The position numbers and the translations under genes were made by a program. The notes beneath the pieces are model-generated. The model ran no database searches and was not told the DNA's origin. It worked only from the letters and a program-made list of their open reading frames with translations. Of a DNA stretch of 64,000 nt, positions 12,994 through 23,477 are shown in pieces. Every line of letters begins with the position of its first letter. The first letter of the stretch is position 1. The stretch is from Setoptus koraiensis (lineage: Eukaryota > Animalia > Arthropoda), in the NCBI GenBank assembly GCA_048013815.1, contig CM106586.1, forward strand, positions 3,596,001 through 3,660,000, given 5' to 3'.

Positions 12994-14732
12994 TTAAACT
13001 ATCGTACTGTCGGAGGGCTTCTGTAGTGGACGAGTCGAATGCTTGTTCTGGTCGAATTGGTTACAGTTGGCGTAAGTTGCGCTTTCTTGAGTCACCGATT
13101 GATCTTGCTGGTGCTCGTCGGCGGCGTCTCGCGCCGCATTGGCAGCAGCATGTTGCTTGAAGCGCGTGTCCATAGGGTAAGTTGGACATAAATATTCTTC
13201 AACGGTGGTATCTTGACCCACCTTACTACGGCTACGTCGTAATAGAGAGAATTGCGATTTCTTTACCAGTTTCAATTCTGACGTTGGAGTCAATGGTGTA
13301 TAATGAGGATGCGACTCGTATTGACGCTTCTGCTGGAACAAGTCCTTGCCAATCAGCTCTTTGAACAATGAGTAAATGTGGCGCCTCAGCAACGTTTTGT
13401 CGTCGGGTATACTCAGCAACGATGACATCAAATCGGCATTGAAACCGTCTTCATAAATGATCAGACCACCGTGGACGCCGCTCCCTCGCAAGTTTGGAGC
13501 AAACTCGGAGAAATCAATCAATCGTAACCATTCCATTACCCTATGACACGTCCACAATGCTATGTCTGGTTGTGCAGGCATGTTACTTGGAACTCCGCTA
13601 CCACTTCCACTTCCTATCATCCCCAAAGCTGCTGGCGGCTCACTAGACATTGCGATTTTTGGTGACGAGGAACCCGTGACTGTTGAAGCAATCGAGTCTG
13701 GATAGGATGACAATGAATCTAGGTTTGACTGATCATCTGTCACTGGTGATTTGTTGGCATTGATTAGCATTGGTGGATAATTAGAATCGTATGAGTTCCT
13801 ATTGGCAGACTTGTTATTGCAGACTTGACCACGTGTGAAAGTGCCAGATCGGGATGGTGAACGATGCTGTTGATTATAACCTGTCGACCACTGCATCATA
13901 CCGTCTATCTCGTCGGATGTTGCACGACGCTTCAATGCTTGTAGATCGAAATTGATTGATCGCAGAACACGTATTCCAGACTTGATTGAAGCGTGATGCA
14001 ATAAACTGGTTATATTCATGCTCACTAAATCCTCAACAGTTAGATAGTTTAGAACACGCCCATCTATGCGGTTATTGATAAATTGTTCCTTATATTGGGG
14101 CAAACCAATATCATCTAACCATCTAGCCACCCATAAATAATCCAAGTTGGCAGCAGCTTTGGTGACTTTGTCGCAATCGCCATTAAGTTCGCTTATGGCC
14201 AAACGTAATTTTTTTCTATGTAATGTGTTGTTAATACACAAACCGCGCTCTACTTCACTTGCTGTAGCATTCATAATGTGCGAACCATTCTTAGCCCAGC
14301 GTTTACATTGGTTGGAGTACATGCTCAAACCAATTGTAGTGAGCCATTCAGCAATCATGTTTGTATCCCATTCACCGAATGGTTTGGTTGTTTCAAATGC
14401 TGCTTTTTTATTAGCCAGTAGCATATTCATACTAAGAGGCTGGTTGTTCGATACCGATTGAAAAGCACCTGTTGTTGTACTTCGATTTCCGCCTCTTCTG
14501 AAATTGCTATTGTTATTGTGGTTAATTGTTAATAAAATATCATCTGCATCTTTCAATTCAGCGGAGCCCGAGCCTGAGCGCTTAAATTTGTTCAGTATAC
14601 GCCTTAGGCCACTTTTCTGCTTGGGCACCATTGGTAACTGGTGCTGGGGAGCGGTGATATTGTTGTCGAAAGAATGCAATGTACGATTATCACCATGAGT
14701 CATCAATGAATTCGATCTTGATTGTGAGTTGC
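12994..14732 (-). CDS. Liprin-beta: Liprin-beta (PPFIBP-like) 3' exon with three SAM domains
   Basis: Contains LHRKKLRLAI, WVARWLDDIGLPQYKEQF..RIDGRVLNYLTVEDL, WTCHRVMEWLRLIDFSEFAPNLRGSGVHGGL and KTLLRRH, which are liprin-beta SAM signatures. Acceptor tcaaacag| at 14733 is phase 1. Confidence 0.9.
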
Positions 14733-14884
14733 CTGTTTGAGATAATGATAGTATCATTCAAGTGGGTGAAAGAATAAGAAGAGGAGGTTAGTTTATGTTC
14801 AATGGACAGGCGCAATATAAATTGAGTAGTATGTTAGTGACAGCAGAGGAAGTGGAAAGTAGTGATTGTTAGGAGATTCTGTAC

Positions 14885-16205
14885 CGAGCTTATCTATAGT
14901 TGCATAAATAGACTCATCAACATAGGAATGATGCGGGTTAGTCGCATTGGTTAGTGTTGGTACTTGATCAAAGGCATGACCGTCGTTCGTCTTGTGGAGG
15001 TTATCTCGCGAATGGCCCTTGGTGGGGCTTGCAGTGGTCACGCTGTTAGTGGTATGACGACTCTCATTGCTGTCATCAAGATTAGTTATTGTGAAAAACT
15101 CTTGTAGCTGAGAGGTCTGTGGCTGATCTGACGTGCTGTGTGATCTCTGAGATTTTCGTTTGTCATGATCACTGATATTAGTTGTAGCAAGAGTTTTTGG
15201 TTGCTGATAGAAGTTATTGATTAAACTATTGGATGGCATATTACGTGGTAATGTTCTATAACGACGATCGCCTCGTGACAACGCTTGACTATATCCACTT
15301 GCAACATACGGACTGGTTATATTACCATAGATGGGCGTAGTGTTGTAGTTACTGTTGGCAGACAATGATGCTTGGTTATTACTATTTATTGGTATGCTTG
15401 AGGGGGTTGAATACAAAGAGGAGGCTTGGTTCGTCCCGAGTTTTGTTTGATATTGCTGATCAGGGGAAATAGATTTGTTTTGCTGTTGATCCATTTTTTG
15501 TTGTCGTAAGTTGATGTTTCTTTGGAACGAATTTGCATTTTGTTGATTGTCTAATCTAGTAATGGAATAATTTTGTGATGGAGGTCTCAATCTCATAGGT
15601 TGTGATGATTGATTGTTGTCATTTGACGACAACGGGTTTTGATTAGATACTTGATTGATGCTAGTTGGTTTACTAGTGTCAATCGGAGCATTTGTTTGGG
15701 CTCGTGTTAATTTTAGCTTAAGTATAGATATCTCTGTTTCTCGTTCCATTAGAGTGGCATTCAATAGATTGATTTTCTCATCATCGCGCTTCTTTTGTTG
15801 ATCGGACGAATTTAGCTTCAGTCTTAATTTACATAACTCACTAATAAGATTAAGGTTATCATTTTCTAGGCTGGAGCGCTTATTCAATTCCTGTTTGAGC
15901 ATGCTCTCCAGTTGACTACATGTTCTATTATTATTGATAATCGTTGCCTCTAGATCGCCAATTCTCTCCGTATGCCTCCTGGTTTGTTCGATTAGCGAAT
16001 TGATTTGTTCGGCCTGAACAATAAGCTCTTGTTGTTGCTGTTTAATAACACTATCGGCATCGTCTCTGTTATTATCCTGAGTTGAGCTCAGCCGAAAGTT
16101 GTCGTCACTGTGACTGTGGTGCTCAAGCAGTGGCATGGACCGATGAACATCAAAGGTGGTATTGAGTTTAGTGGGCGAATCTGTGGTTGAGACGGCATCT
16201 TCAGG
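14885..16205 (-). CDS. Liprin-beta: Liprin-beta coiled-coil exon
   Basis: EQINSLIEQTRRHTERIGDLE..LESMLKQELNKRSSLENDNLNLISELCKLRLKL aligns by eye with the PPFIBP coiled coil. Donor CTC G|gtacag at 14884 joins the SAM exon in frame across a 152-nt intron (14733-14884). The 5' boundary is uncertain (CAG at 16206 or ATG at 16217). Confidence 0.78.
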
Positions 16206-16576
16206 CTGCGCTTCCATCGATACATAAGAAGGAAAAGAAAAGATGAAAGAACAGTAATCTTGTTAATAATGAGATGTGATTCTCTGTAATACAATCTCAT
16301 TGGTGGAATAACATCTTGCATAGTAAACAAGCATCGTGCCACAATCTGTATTTGTAGCCTGTTGAACTGCTGGATGTTCAGCATGCATAGCTGTATCTCT
16401 TACAAGTATTGTTGTATGGTGCTTGTTGAAAATGGAAAGGCGTGCACATGCGGCATGCTGGCACAGCATGTCGATTTCTGATGGCAAAAATCTCTAGACC
16501 AACAATAAAGTGTGATCGTGAATGAGCGTGGCATTGTAGTTTACTTCATTTCGTGTAATTGTCATGGTCTACTCAC

Positions 16577-16780
16577 ATTTGTGGCTCCGTCGCTGAGACT
16601 TATTGAAAGCTCCTCGTCCATCGATTTAGCATCAGGCTCGCGGAATTGTTCCTCGTCAATTCTATCTAATGATGACGCCGATGCCTTTTGCCTTTGGCTG
16701 AATTGTCCGGCTGCATTATCACACGATTCACTGTCCAAAGAGCTGGTTCCCATTTCATTCTCTTTTGTGACCCTTTCCAT
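16577..16780 (-). CDS. Liprin-beta: Probable first coding exon of Liprin-beta
   Basis: ATG-initiated acidic ORF ending at AAT|gtgagt (phase 0), in frame with the CAG|CCT acceptor at 16206. Not supported by recognised homology. Confidence 0.45.
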
Positions 16781-17561
16781 TGTTTGTGTGTTGGTGTGGC
16801 AAAATATAAGAAAAATAAACGTCTATAATACTAAAGTGGGATTTACAAAATATATCCACTACATCTAAAAGTAAAACTACTAATAGTGTATAGAATGATG
16901 TTTGTCGAGCTCAATATACCATCACCACACTCACAAATACCTAAAGTGGCAATGCCTTGAATGTAAAAACAAACGCACCACAACATATGTTATGGCGAAA
17001 GCACATTAAATTCGCAACACACACACGCACACAGTTGAACCATTATTATGCTAGTGTGGAAGGCAGAATTCTATTTTGCTTTTCCCCTTGTTGCCCAAAC
17101 TATCAGTAGTGTTGCTGTAGCAAATTCAAATCTTCGAGGGGGAAGGTGCAAGATTTACTTGTGCTCCGTCCACGCTACCAGTGATTGCCCCCAAGAAATG
17201 CCCCCTCCTATTGCTAACTCCCAGATAAGCAGTAAACACGGGCCTCGATTTTATCAAAACATTTTTTTTTTCTACGACAACTGGGATTTTGGAGATGGTG
17301 CAACTAACCAGTATTGGTGAGTGGGTGCTACTCAACACCCATTTCGAGCCACCTGTTGTATAAGTCGAGAATTGAATTTTATCTCATGAACACCACAAGT
17401 TCGGATAAAAAAAAACAAGGGACCCACTTCTACGCGAGAGGCGATAGATGCCTCTTCAAAGACTATTTACAGACAAAGTGCCGGTATACAATTTATATAT
17501 TTATGTATGTGAACAATAAAGTGAGTTTATTCTATCAGTCTATGAGTGCTAGTTGCATTAA

Positions 17562-20500
17562 TCAAACTAAACGGTCTTGACATTGTTCATTATCCGCACT
17601 AATCTGATTCTGGCCAACAGCTTCTTTAGGAGGTGTCTTTGATCCCAAATGTGATGGAACGTTTGTTTGTTCGGACATTTTGCGTCCATTACTATTCTCT
17701 ATGCTAATACGCAACGAAGCCACCCTAACTAACTCCAAAAACGCTTGCTCCAAGGTAGCGCGAGCTTGCACATTTTGGCTAGGTATCTGTAATGCAAGTG
17801 CCATTTGCGAAACAGTAAAAGTTTCATCAAAAGCAATAACTCCACCATGTATTGCACTCTGTATTAAATTGTTTGAAAATTGTTGCAGATTAACAGAGTT
17901 GGCCCATTTAATCATTCTCTCGTTAGACCAAACCATTACATCGATATTATCATTTTCACTATTTTTTCTGCGCTCTTCTAAGCTTTGTCGGTTGTAATTG
18001 AGTTTCTTCAAGCACGTGATACCGTGTTGCAAGCTACTCCGATGGAACGAATCAACCATTTTCAGATGGACTCTAAGATCTTTCTTTGTAAGATGTTCGA
18101 GCATCCTGGCATCCACAAGACACTCCATGAATGCGCCTCTATACTGAGTAAGACCCAATGATGGCAGCCATTCATTTCCTATCCATTCGTGGTTCATTTG
18201 TCCACTGGCTAAACTTGATTGAAGAGCGGCAGGCTTAGTAACTGCTGATGGTGATGTCAGGGCCACCATTTCTTGAATGGCCAAGCGCAATTTAAGACGA
18301 TGCAATGAATTACATATACCTATTTCTCGTTGAATCTCAGAGTCGCTTAGAGCTGACATAATGGCGCCGGACTTTACGTTTGCTCGACAAGCGGCCACAT
18401 ACCATTCAGGCATACCAACCCACAATTCTAACCAGGCCATTATAGTTGGTTGATTCCACAGTGGAAAGGGTGTACCGGCATAGATGGCCTCTGCAAGTAG
18501 TTCTTGTTTTTTCTTGGTTTTCCGATCAATATCACCTCTCGTGACGGGACTAGCTGGTGTCGGCGTGGAGCAAATTGGAAATTGCTGTTGTGGTTGCTGA
18601 TGGTGCTGTTGCAGGATAGTCACAGGTTGCGCTTGCGAAATATTTATTGGGACCATGTAGTTAGACGCGAAGCTAGCGCTTTCCTTCATGCCATTCAGTT
18701 CATAAAAACTAGCATAATCACTATAATTGGGATCAGTGGCAATCATAATAGGACCTTGCTGATTGCTGTTCTCAATGGGCTGTCTAGCTTGTTTGGCAGC
18801 TCGTTGTCTATGACTAGAAGAGAAAAGACGATTAACTAGAGCCGATTTTATTAAGCTGCTCTTGGACTTTTTCAATGGTCCTGGTGCAGGTATCGGTGAC
18901 ATAGATGGACTCATACTAGGCGAACCATAGATGAATGCAGCGTGAGGAGGTAGCATTTGTGGCTGAGGACTCAAACCATATAAACCTAATGAGTTTGTAT
19001 CGACATTTACTGCGTACAGCATACTGTGAGTAGAAGGTGTCTGAGCTAACATTGTACTCGTGCTACCAGGATTCAGACTGTAAAAATTTTGCTGCAGATG
19101 TTGCTGAAGATGTTGAGGTTGATGTTGTGTCATGGTATGGATAGGATTCAGAGAGTCAATGGATGTGGCACTAGAAATACTTCCACTGTCGATTTTGCTT
19201 TTGAATTGCATACGAGAATCAGAATCATGAGAATAATTAGGTTGTTGAGCTGCTTGCTTAATAAGTCGATTTGCTCTATGTGAGGGTGATGCATTGGGAT
19301 CGGGTTTTCTTTCAACGATCTGATGTCTGCTCGCGTATAAATCGTCTGGCTGATATGGGCTGCCTTGTGGGGTTGGAGTCGTGAGTCTTGTTTCATCATT
19401 GTATAGAGTTGAATGAGAAGGTGTCTGTAGGGTTTTTTGGCTGGCAATCTCTAAGTACTGTTTTGTGACTTGCTGCATGTAAGCACGGTTGTCAGCAGAA
19501 ATAATTGAAGACAAACCACTAGATTGACCGAGATCTTGGCTTGTACGAGGGGTAGACCTTCCACTCTGTGGAGGGGATATACAAGGTCTATCGAACGAGT
19601 TCCTCAAGCCTCGATAAACGTAATTAAGAGACTCTAGACTACCAAAATCTGAATCCTGGGTAATGTGAGATAGTTTTGAGGTATCTTGAGCGGCTTGCTG
19701 TTGCTGCTGTTTTTCTTCATGTATCAATCTGATTTGATCATTAATAGCATCGAGTTTTTCTTGTAAAGCCATAGCATCTGCAAGGGCATTTTGCGTATCT
19801 GATGATGTAGAATAGTAATTGGCATTCACTTTAGCCTGAGCGTTTAATGGGGACTGGGCAAGTATTGTGTTGTTAGTACTGATATCACTATCACTGCTGC
19901 ATTGCTGTTCGGTTCGACCATCATTAGTAACCAAATCATTCGATAAATTACTGGTCAAATGGGCAGCCTCAGCCAAAACTTGTTGTCGATATGACAATGA
20001 AGTATTTTCCAAGGGTGATGTAGGTCCAGAATTCATCTGTTCGCGATGTGAAAGTTCTAACTTCTTTAATTTTAACTTGATTGATTCTAGTTCATCTTTA
20101 GTTCGACCAAGCTGCTGAACAACCTTCTCTTTCTCGTTGAAAGTTCCGTCCAACAGACGTCTAGTTCGAGACAATTCCTGATTCAAAGCGTTCTTTTCAT
20201 CCAAAGCTGTCATTCTTTCCCTCAGATGACTCTGGAGTCGTTCTGTTGATTCGTTCAAGAGTTTATCTACAGTGGCACTCAACCTTTGATTGTGCTCCTC
20301 GTTCATTCGTTCCCGTTGCTTCGTTCGTGCAAGTTCCTCACTTTTATCCTCAACTTGTTTTTCCAGTCTTTGTATACAATCTTTCAGTGCTGAACGCTTC
20401 TCATCATTTTCTGTCTCGTCGTCCTCGCCGTTAATTACTCTATTAAGTGCAGCTGATTCTGTGGCTTGCTGTTTGATCAAAAGTTGCTCGATTTGCTGTT

Positions 20501-21608
20501 CTGCCAATTTAAGTCTCTCCGAAAGGGTTCTAATTCTGTCCTCGCCCAACTTGACCTGAGAATTTTTGCTAGATAGTTCATGTTCTAATTTCGCATTCAA
20601 ATCGTGAAGTGAACTTGATTCACGTTGAGCTATCAAGTATCTACTCTCCAAAGTTGATATACGCTCTTCTTGGTCTTTTTTTTGAGCAGCATTCTCGTGA
20701 AGTTCGTTGTTCAAACTAATTCGCTCTTCGCGTAATTTATGGAGTTCATCATGAGCGTCTTTCAAAGAGTTTTCGTAGTCCTCTAATTTCTTACTACTAT
20801 CTTGTAATCTAAAACGGATGCTTATAAGCTCACTCGTTTGACGTTCCACGAGTTGTCTAAGTTCATAATTCTCTGTTTCCATAGCTTGTTTCTGGTGTGG
20901 CTGTTGTTCACTATAGCTTGAGCTCGGAGGATTAAAAGAAGATTTCGTTGACTGTTCATCTTGATCGAACAAACCAGAATCGCCCTGATTATGACGCAAT
21001 CGATCGGTTTCTTCTCGGGCTTCCGCTAGTTTTTCCTCTAATGATGCTATCTTCTCTAGAGCCAAGCGCAATCTTTCCCTAACCTTTTCGTCTAATGCCT
21101 TATGATGTTCAAAGAGTGACTTGAGGGCTTTCAAAACTTCTACCTCTGATGATACACCGTGACCAGATTGAGCTTGTTGACGTTTGACAACTGTAACTTT
21201 GAGGGATCTCTCGTGCCGTGAAACGAGACCTTCTAAATGTTCGAGTAAAAGTCTTATATTAGAACGTTCAGCTTTCAACTCTTGGATATCTTCGTTCTTC
21301 TCAGATAACAACTCTTTAGTCTGGTTGAGTTCTTGTGTTAGGCTAGTGTAATCTTTGGGAAGACTAGAATCAATCAATGTCTTGAGGGAATCGCGTTCTT
21401 TTTCAAGCTGACCTATTTTTGTTTGACTTTCATTCAGTTTTACTTGGGTGTCACGAATTGTTTCCATCAGCTTGTCACGCTCATCTAGCATATTAACCAT
21501 CAATTGCTCAAAATTAGCCTCGTCGCCAGAACTAAAAGCCTGGATGCCGTTCCGTTGACAAATGGAATCCTCGGCTATTGTTGGCATTGTGCACATTGTG
21601 TCCCACAT
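17562..21608 (-). CDS. Liprin-alpha: Liprin-alpha (PPFIA/SYD-2), single-ORF 1348 aa
   Basis: N-terminal [28 protein letters not shown]1/LH2 coiled coils ([49 protein letters not shown]) and three SAM domains ([31 protein letters not shown]). Minus-strand AATAAA at 17526-17531. Confidence 0.97.
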   Translation of the reverse strand: MWDTMCTMPTIAEDSICQRNGIQAFSSGDEANFEQLMVNMLDERDKLMETIRDTQVKLNESQTKIGQLEKERDSLKTLIDSSLPKDYTSLTQELNQTKELLSEKNEDIQELKAERSNIRLLLEHLEGLVSRHERSLKVTVVKRQQAQSGHGVSSEVEVLKALKSLFEHHKALDEKVRERLRLALEKIASLEEKLAEAREETDRLRHNQGDSGLFDQDEQSTKSSFNPPSSSYSEQQPHQKQAMETENYELRQLVERQTSELISIRFRLQDSSKKLEDYENSLKDAHDELHKLREERISLNNELHENAAQKKDQEERISTLESRYLIAQRESSSLHDLNAKLEHELSSKNSQVKLGEDRIRTLSERLKLAEQQIEQLLIKQQATESAALNRVINGEDDETENDEKRSALKDCIQRLEKQVEDKSEELARTKQRERMNEEHNQRLSATVDKLLNESTERLQSHLRERMTALDEKNALNQELSRTRRLLDGTFNEKEKVVQQLGRTKDELESIKLKLKKLELSHREQMNSGPTSPLENTSLSYRQQVLAEAAHLTSNLSNDLVTNDGRTEQQCSSDSDISTNNTILAQSPLNAQAKVNANYYSTSSDTQNALADAMALQEKLDAINDQIRLIHEEKQQQQQAAQDTSKLSHITQDSDFGSLESLNYVYRGLRNSFDRPCISPPQSGRSTPRTSQDLGQSSGLSSIISADNRAYMQQVTKQYLEIASQKTLQTPSHSTLYNDETRLTTPTPQGSPYQPDDLYASRHQIVERKPDPNASPSHRANRLIKQAAQQPNYSHDSDSRMQFKSKIDSGSISSATSIDSLNPIHTMTQHQPQHLQQHLQQNFYSLNPGSTSTMLAQTPSTHSMLYAVNVDTNSLGLYGLSPQPQMLPPHAAFIYGSPSMSPSMSPIPAPGPLKKSKSSLIKSALVNRLFSSSHRQRAAKQARQPIENSNQQGPIMIATDPNYSDYASFYELNGMKESASFASNYMVPINISQAQPVTILQQHHQQPQQQFPICSTPTPASPVTRGDIDRKTKKKQELLAEAIYAGTPFPLWNQPTIMAWLELWVGMPEWYVAACRANVKSGAIMSALSDSEIQREIGICNSLHRLKLRLAIQEMVALTSPSAVTKPAALQSSLASGQMNHEWIGNEWLPSLGLTQYRGAFMECLVDARMLEHLTKKDLRVHLKMVDSFHRSSLQHGITCLKKLNYNRQSLEERRKNSENDNIDVMVWSNERMIKWANSVNLQQFSNNLIQSAIHGGVIAFDETFTVSQMALALQIPSQNVQARATLEQAFLELVRVASLRISIENSNGRKMSEQTNVPSHLGSKTPPKEAVGQNQISADNEQCQDRLV

Positions 21609-22335
21609 TTTATAACTGGCAGCCTATTTGTTGTTGTTCTATTTTATTCTCTCAATCATAGTATATGAATAGATCAAGTAGATTAGTGCTTCTCTTGATA
21701 CGTTTGACTAAATTAATTCGATTTGTTTATTTTATAATGATTTGATTTAAAAATGTATTGCCGATAACGATTTGTAGTTAACTTTTGTATTGAACTAGAA
21801 CAATTATTTTACTGCAAGCCAAAGACATAAATCCTTCATCCAGAAAAAATAAATCAGATGGATCCATGTTGTACGTTATTATGTCATCACGAATTGAGTG
21901 CTCTGATGAGGGGTTTTCCTTTAATTGTAAAATGAATGGAATGGTTTATGGGCCTTCATTAATTACAGTAATGATACTAAAATTTATTTACAGATAATAG
22001 AGATCAATATACCTCAACAATATAAACTGATATATTTTGCCTCGTACAACAGAATCCTATTGTCAAGATGCATTGTAATGGAAACAGCGTACGGCGCAAA
22101 ATCGTTCGCGTTCCACTGTAGAATCATATCATTCCTTCTAGCGGTAAATTTAAGAAAAAAAAAACAACAAAAAATATTCTCGTCGAGATACTCATCGTGG
22201 AGATGAAAATTCTGCTCTCCTACACAGTGATAAATCTAGACAATTAGAACTCTGGTAGTATAAGTATTGCTTCTTACATGGACAAAAACGGATTAGAGAA
22301 AAATGTAAAATATATTTTATTTTGATTGTAAAAAA

Positions 22336-22974
22336 TCACATAAAGTCATCATCAATGTCGAGGTCGTGGTCGTGGTCCTTGTTCGTTTTGAGCTTCACAG
22401 GCTCCAGTACTTCATTATAACTATTTAATCTCTCTAGTTCCTCTTTTTTCCTGTTTTCCTCTTTCTCTCGTTGCCTCTGCTCTCTCATTAGTTGGTGGCG
22501 TTTTTCCCTTTCCTTCCGATCCCTTTCTTCACGCTCTCCTCTGAAATCCACTCTGTCAACAACTCTCTTGGTTTTTTGCAGCCTGTTTATGATAGCATTA
22601 ATTCTTTTTTCTACTTTAACTTTTCTTACTTCTTTGTCATTGTGGAAAGATACTTGACCAACATCCATGGAAGGTGTCTTTTTTAGATTCGCCCAAGGCG
22701 TGTATACTATTTCGACGTCATTCATTTTATTACCTTGGATACTATTCGCTTTAACTAGCTGGCAACAGTCATCCAATACAGCGGTTGAGATACTATCTAT
22801 AGTTTCATTTTCCTTGAGTCTCAGGTAAACATGAGCCGATGATACTTTACTAACATGAAACCATACATCCTCAGGCCAACCCCATCTGATCAATTCCTCA
22901 TTTTCATGCTTGTCATTTCCCATGAAAATAAAAGCCGACGGCTGCACTACGGCCGATTCAAAGTAGATGACCAT
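22336..22974 (-). CDS. CCDC25: Coiled-coil domain-containing protein 25 (NFACT-R domain, Jlp2-like)
   Basis: Contains FMGNDKHENEELIRWGWPEDVWFHVSKVSSAHVYLRL, QLVKANSIQGNK and VYTPWANLKKT..MDVGQVSFH, followed by a charged coiled-coil tail. Intronless. Confidence 0.96.
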   Translation of the reverse strand: MVIYFESAVVQPSAFIFMGNDKHENEELIRWGWPEDVWFHVSKVSSAHVYLRLKENETIDSISTAVLDDCCQLVKANSIQGNKMNDVEIVYTPWANLKKTPSMDVGQVSFHNDKEVRKVKVEKRINAIINRLQKTKRVVDRVDFRGEREERDRKEREKRHQLMREQRQREKEENRKKEELERLNSYNEVLEPVKLKTNKDHDHDLDIDDDFM

Positions 22975-23477
22975 TTTTTCCTAATAATCTTTGATCAATG
23001 AAAAATAAAAAATAATACAAGGTAATAACCTCAACCTCCGAGGTATAGGAACTGAAGTTTAGGCCTGGTGTATTTGTTAATAATTGCAGTAAACTGCTTT
23101 GGCAGATAATTAACAATCTGCTCAAGTAACCTGCCTGTGTGCGTCAATCTGTGTGCTTGCGCCTAGTCAATATCGATTTAAGCAATGGAACATCGGGAGA
23201 CCATATAGGAAGAAATCAATTTAGATTGATAAATGGAAAAAGGGACCGAGTAAATTAAATTGCGAAAATTTTACTGGAGATGTCCTCTCTAGGAATTGAT
23301 CATGGGAAATAATTAAACATTCTTTTTTATTTATTGGCCCGTGAGGCAATTGGCGTGGGATGACAGTGCGATATATCCGCACAGATATGCCTCACAAGAC
23401 CTCAAGGACGTTCTGATAGGAGGCGCTGCTCTGAAAGTTAACTGTGATCTCCAAGAGGGGCCGGGCGTCGCGGAGCG

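Noticed and set aside
17048-17340. WDFGDG PKD-domain-like motif in a 90-aa ORF, and an antisense 70-aa ORF
   Set aside because: An isolated hexapeptide without the rest of the PKD pattern, in a short gap between the liprin genes that contains homopolymer runs.
21880-21910. TGATGA/CTGA boxes suggesting a C/D snoRNA
   Set aside because: Box spacing is too short and there is no terminal stem.
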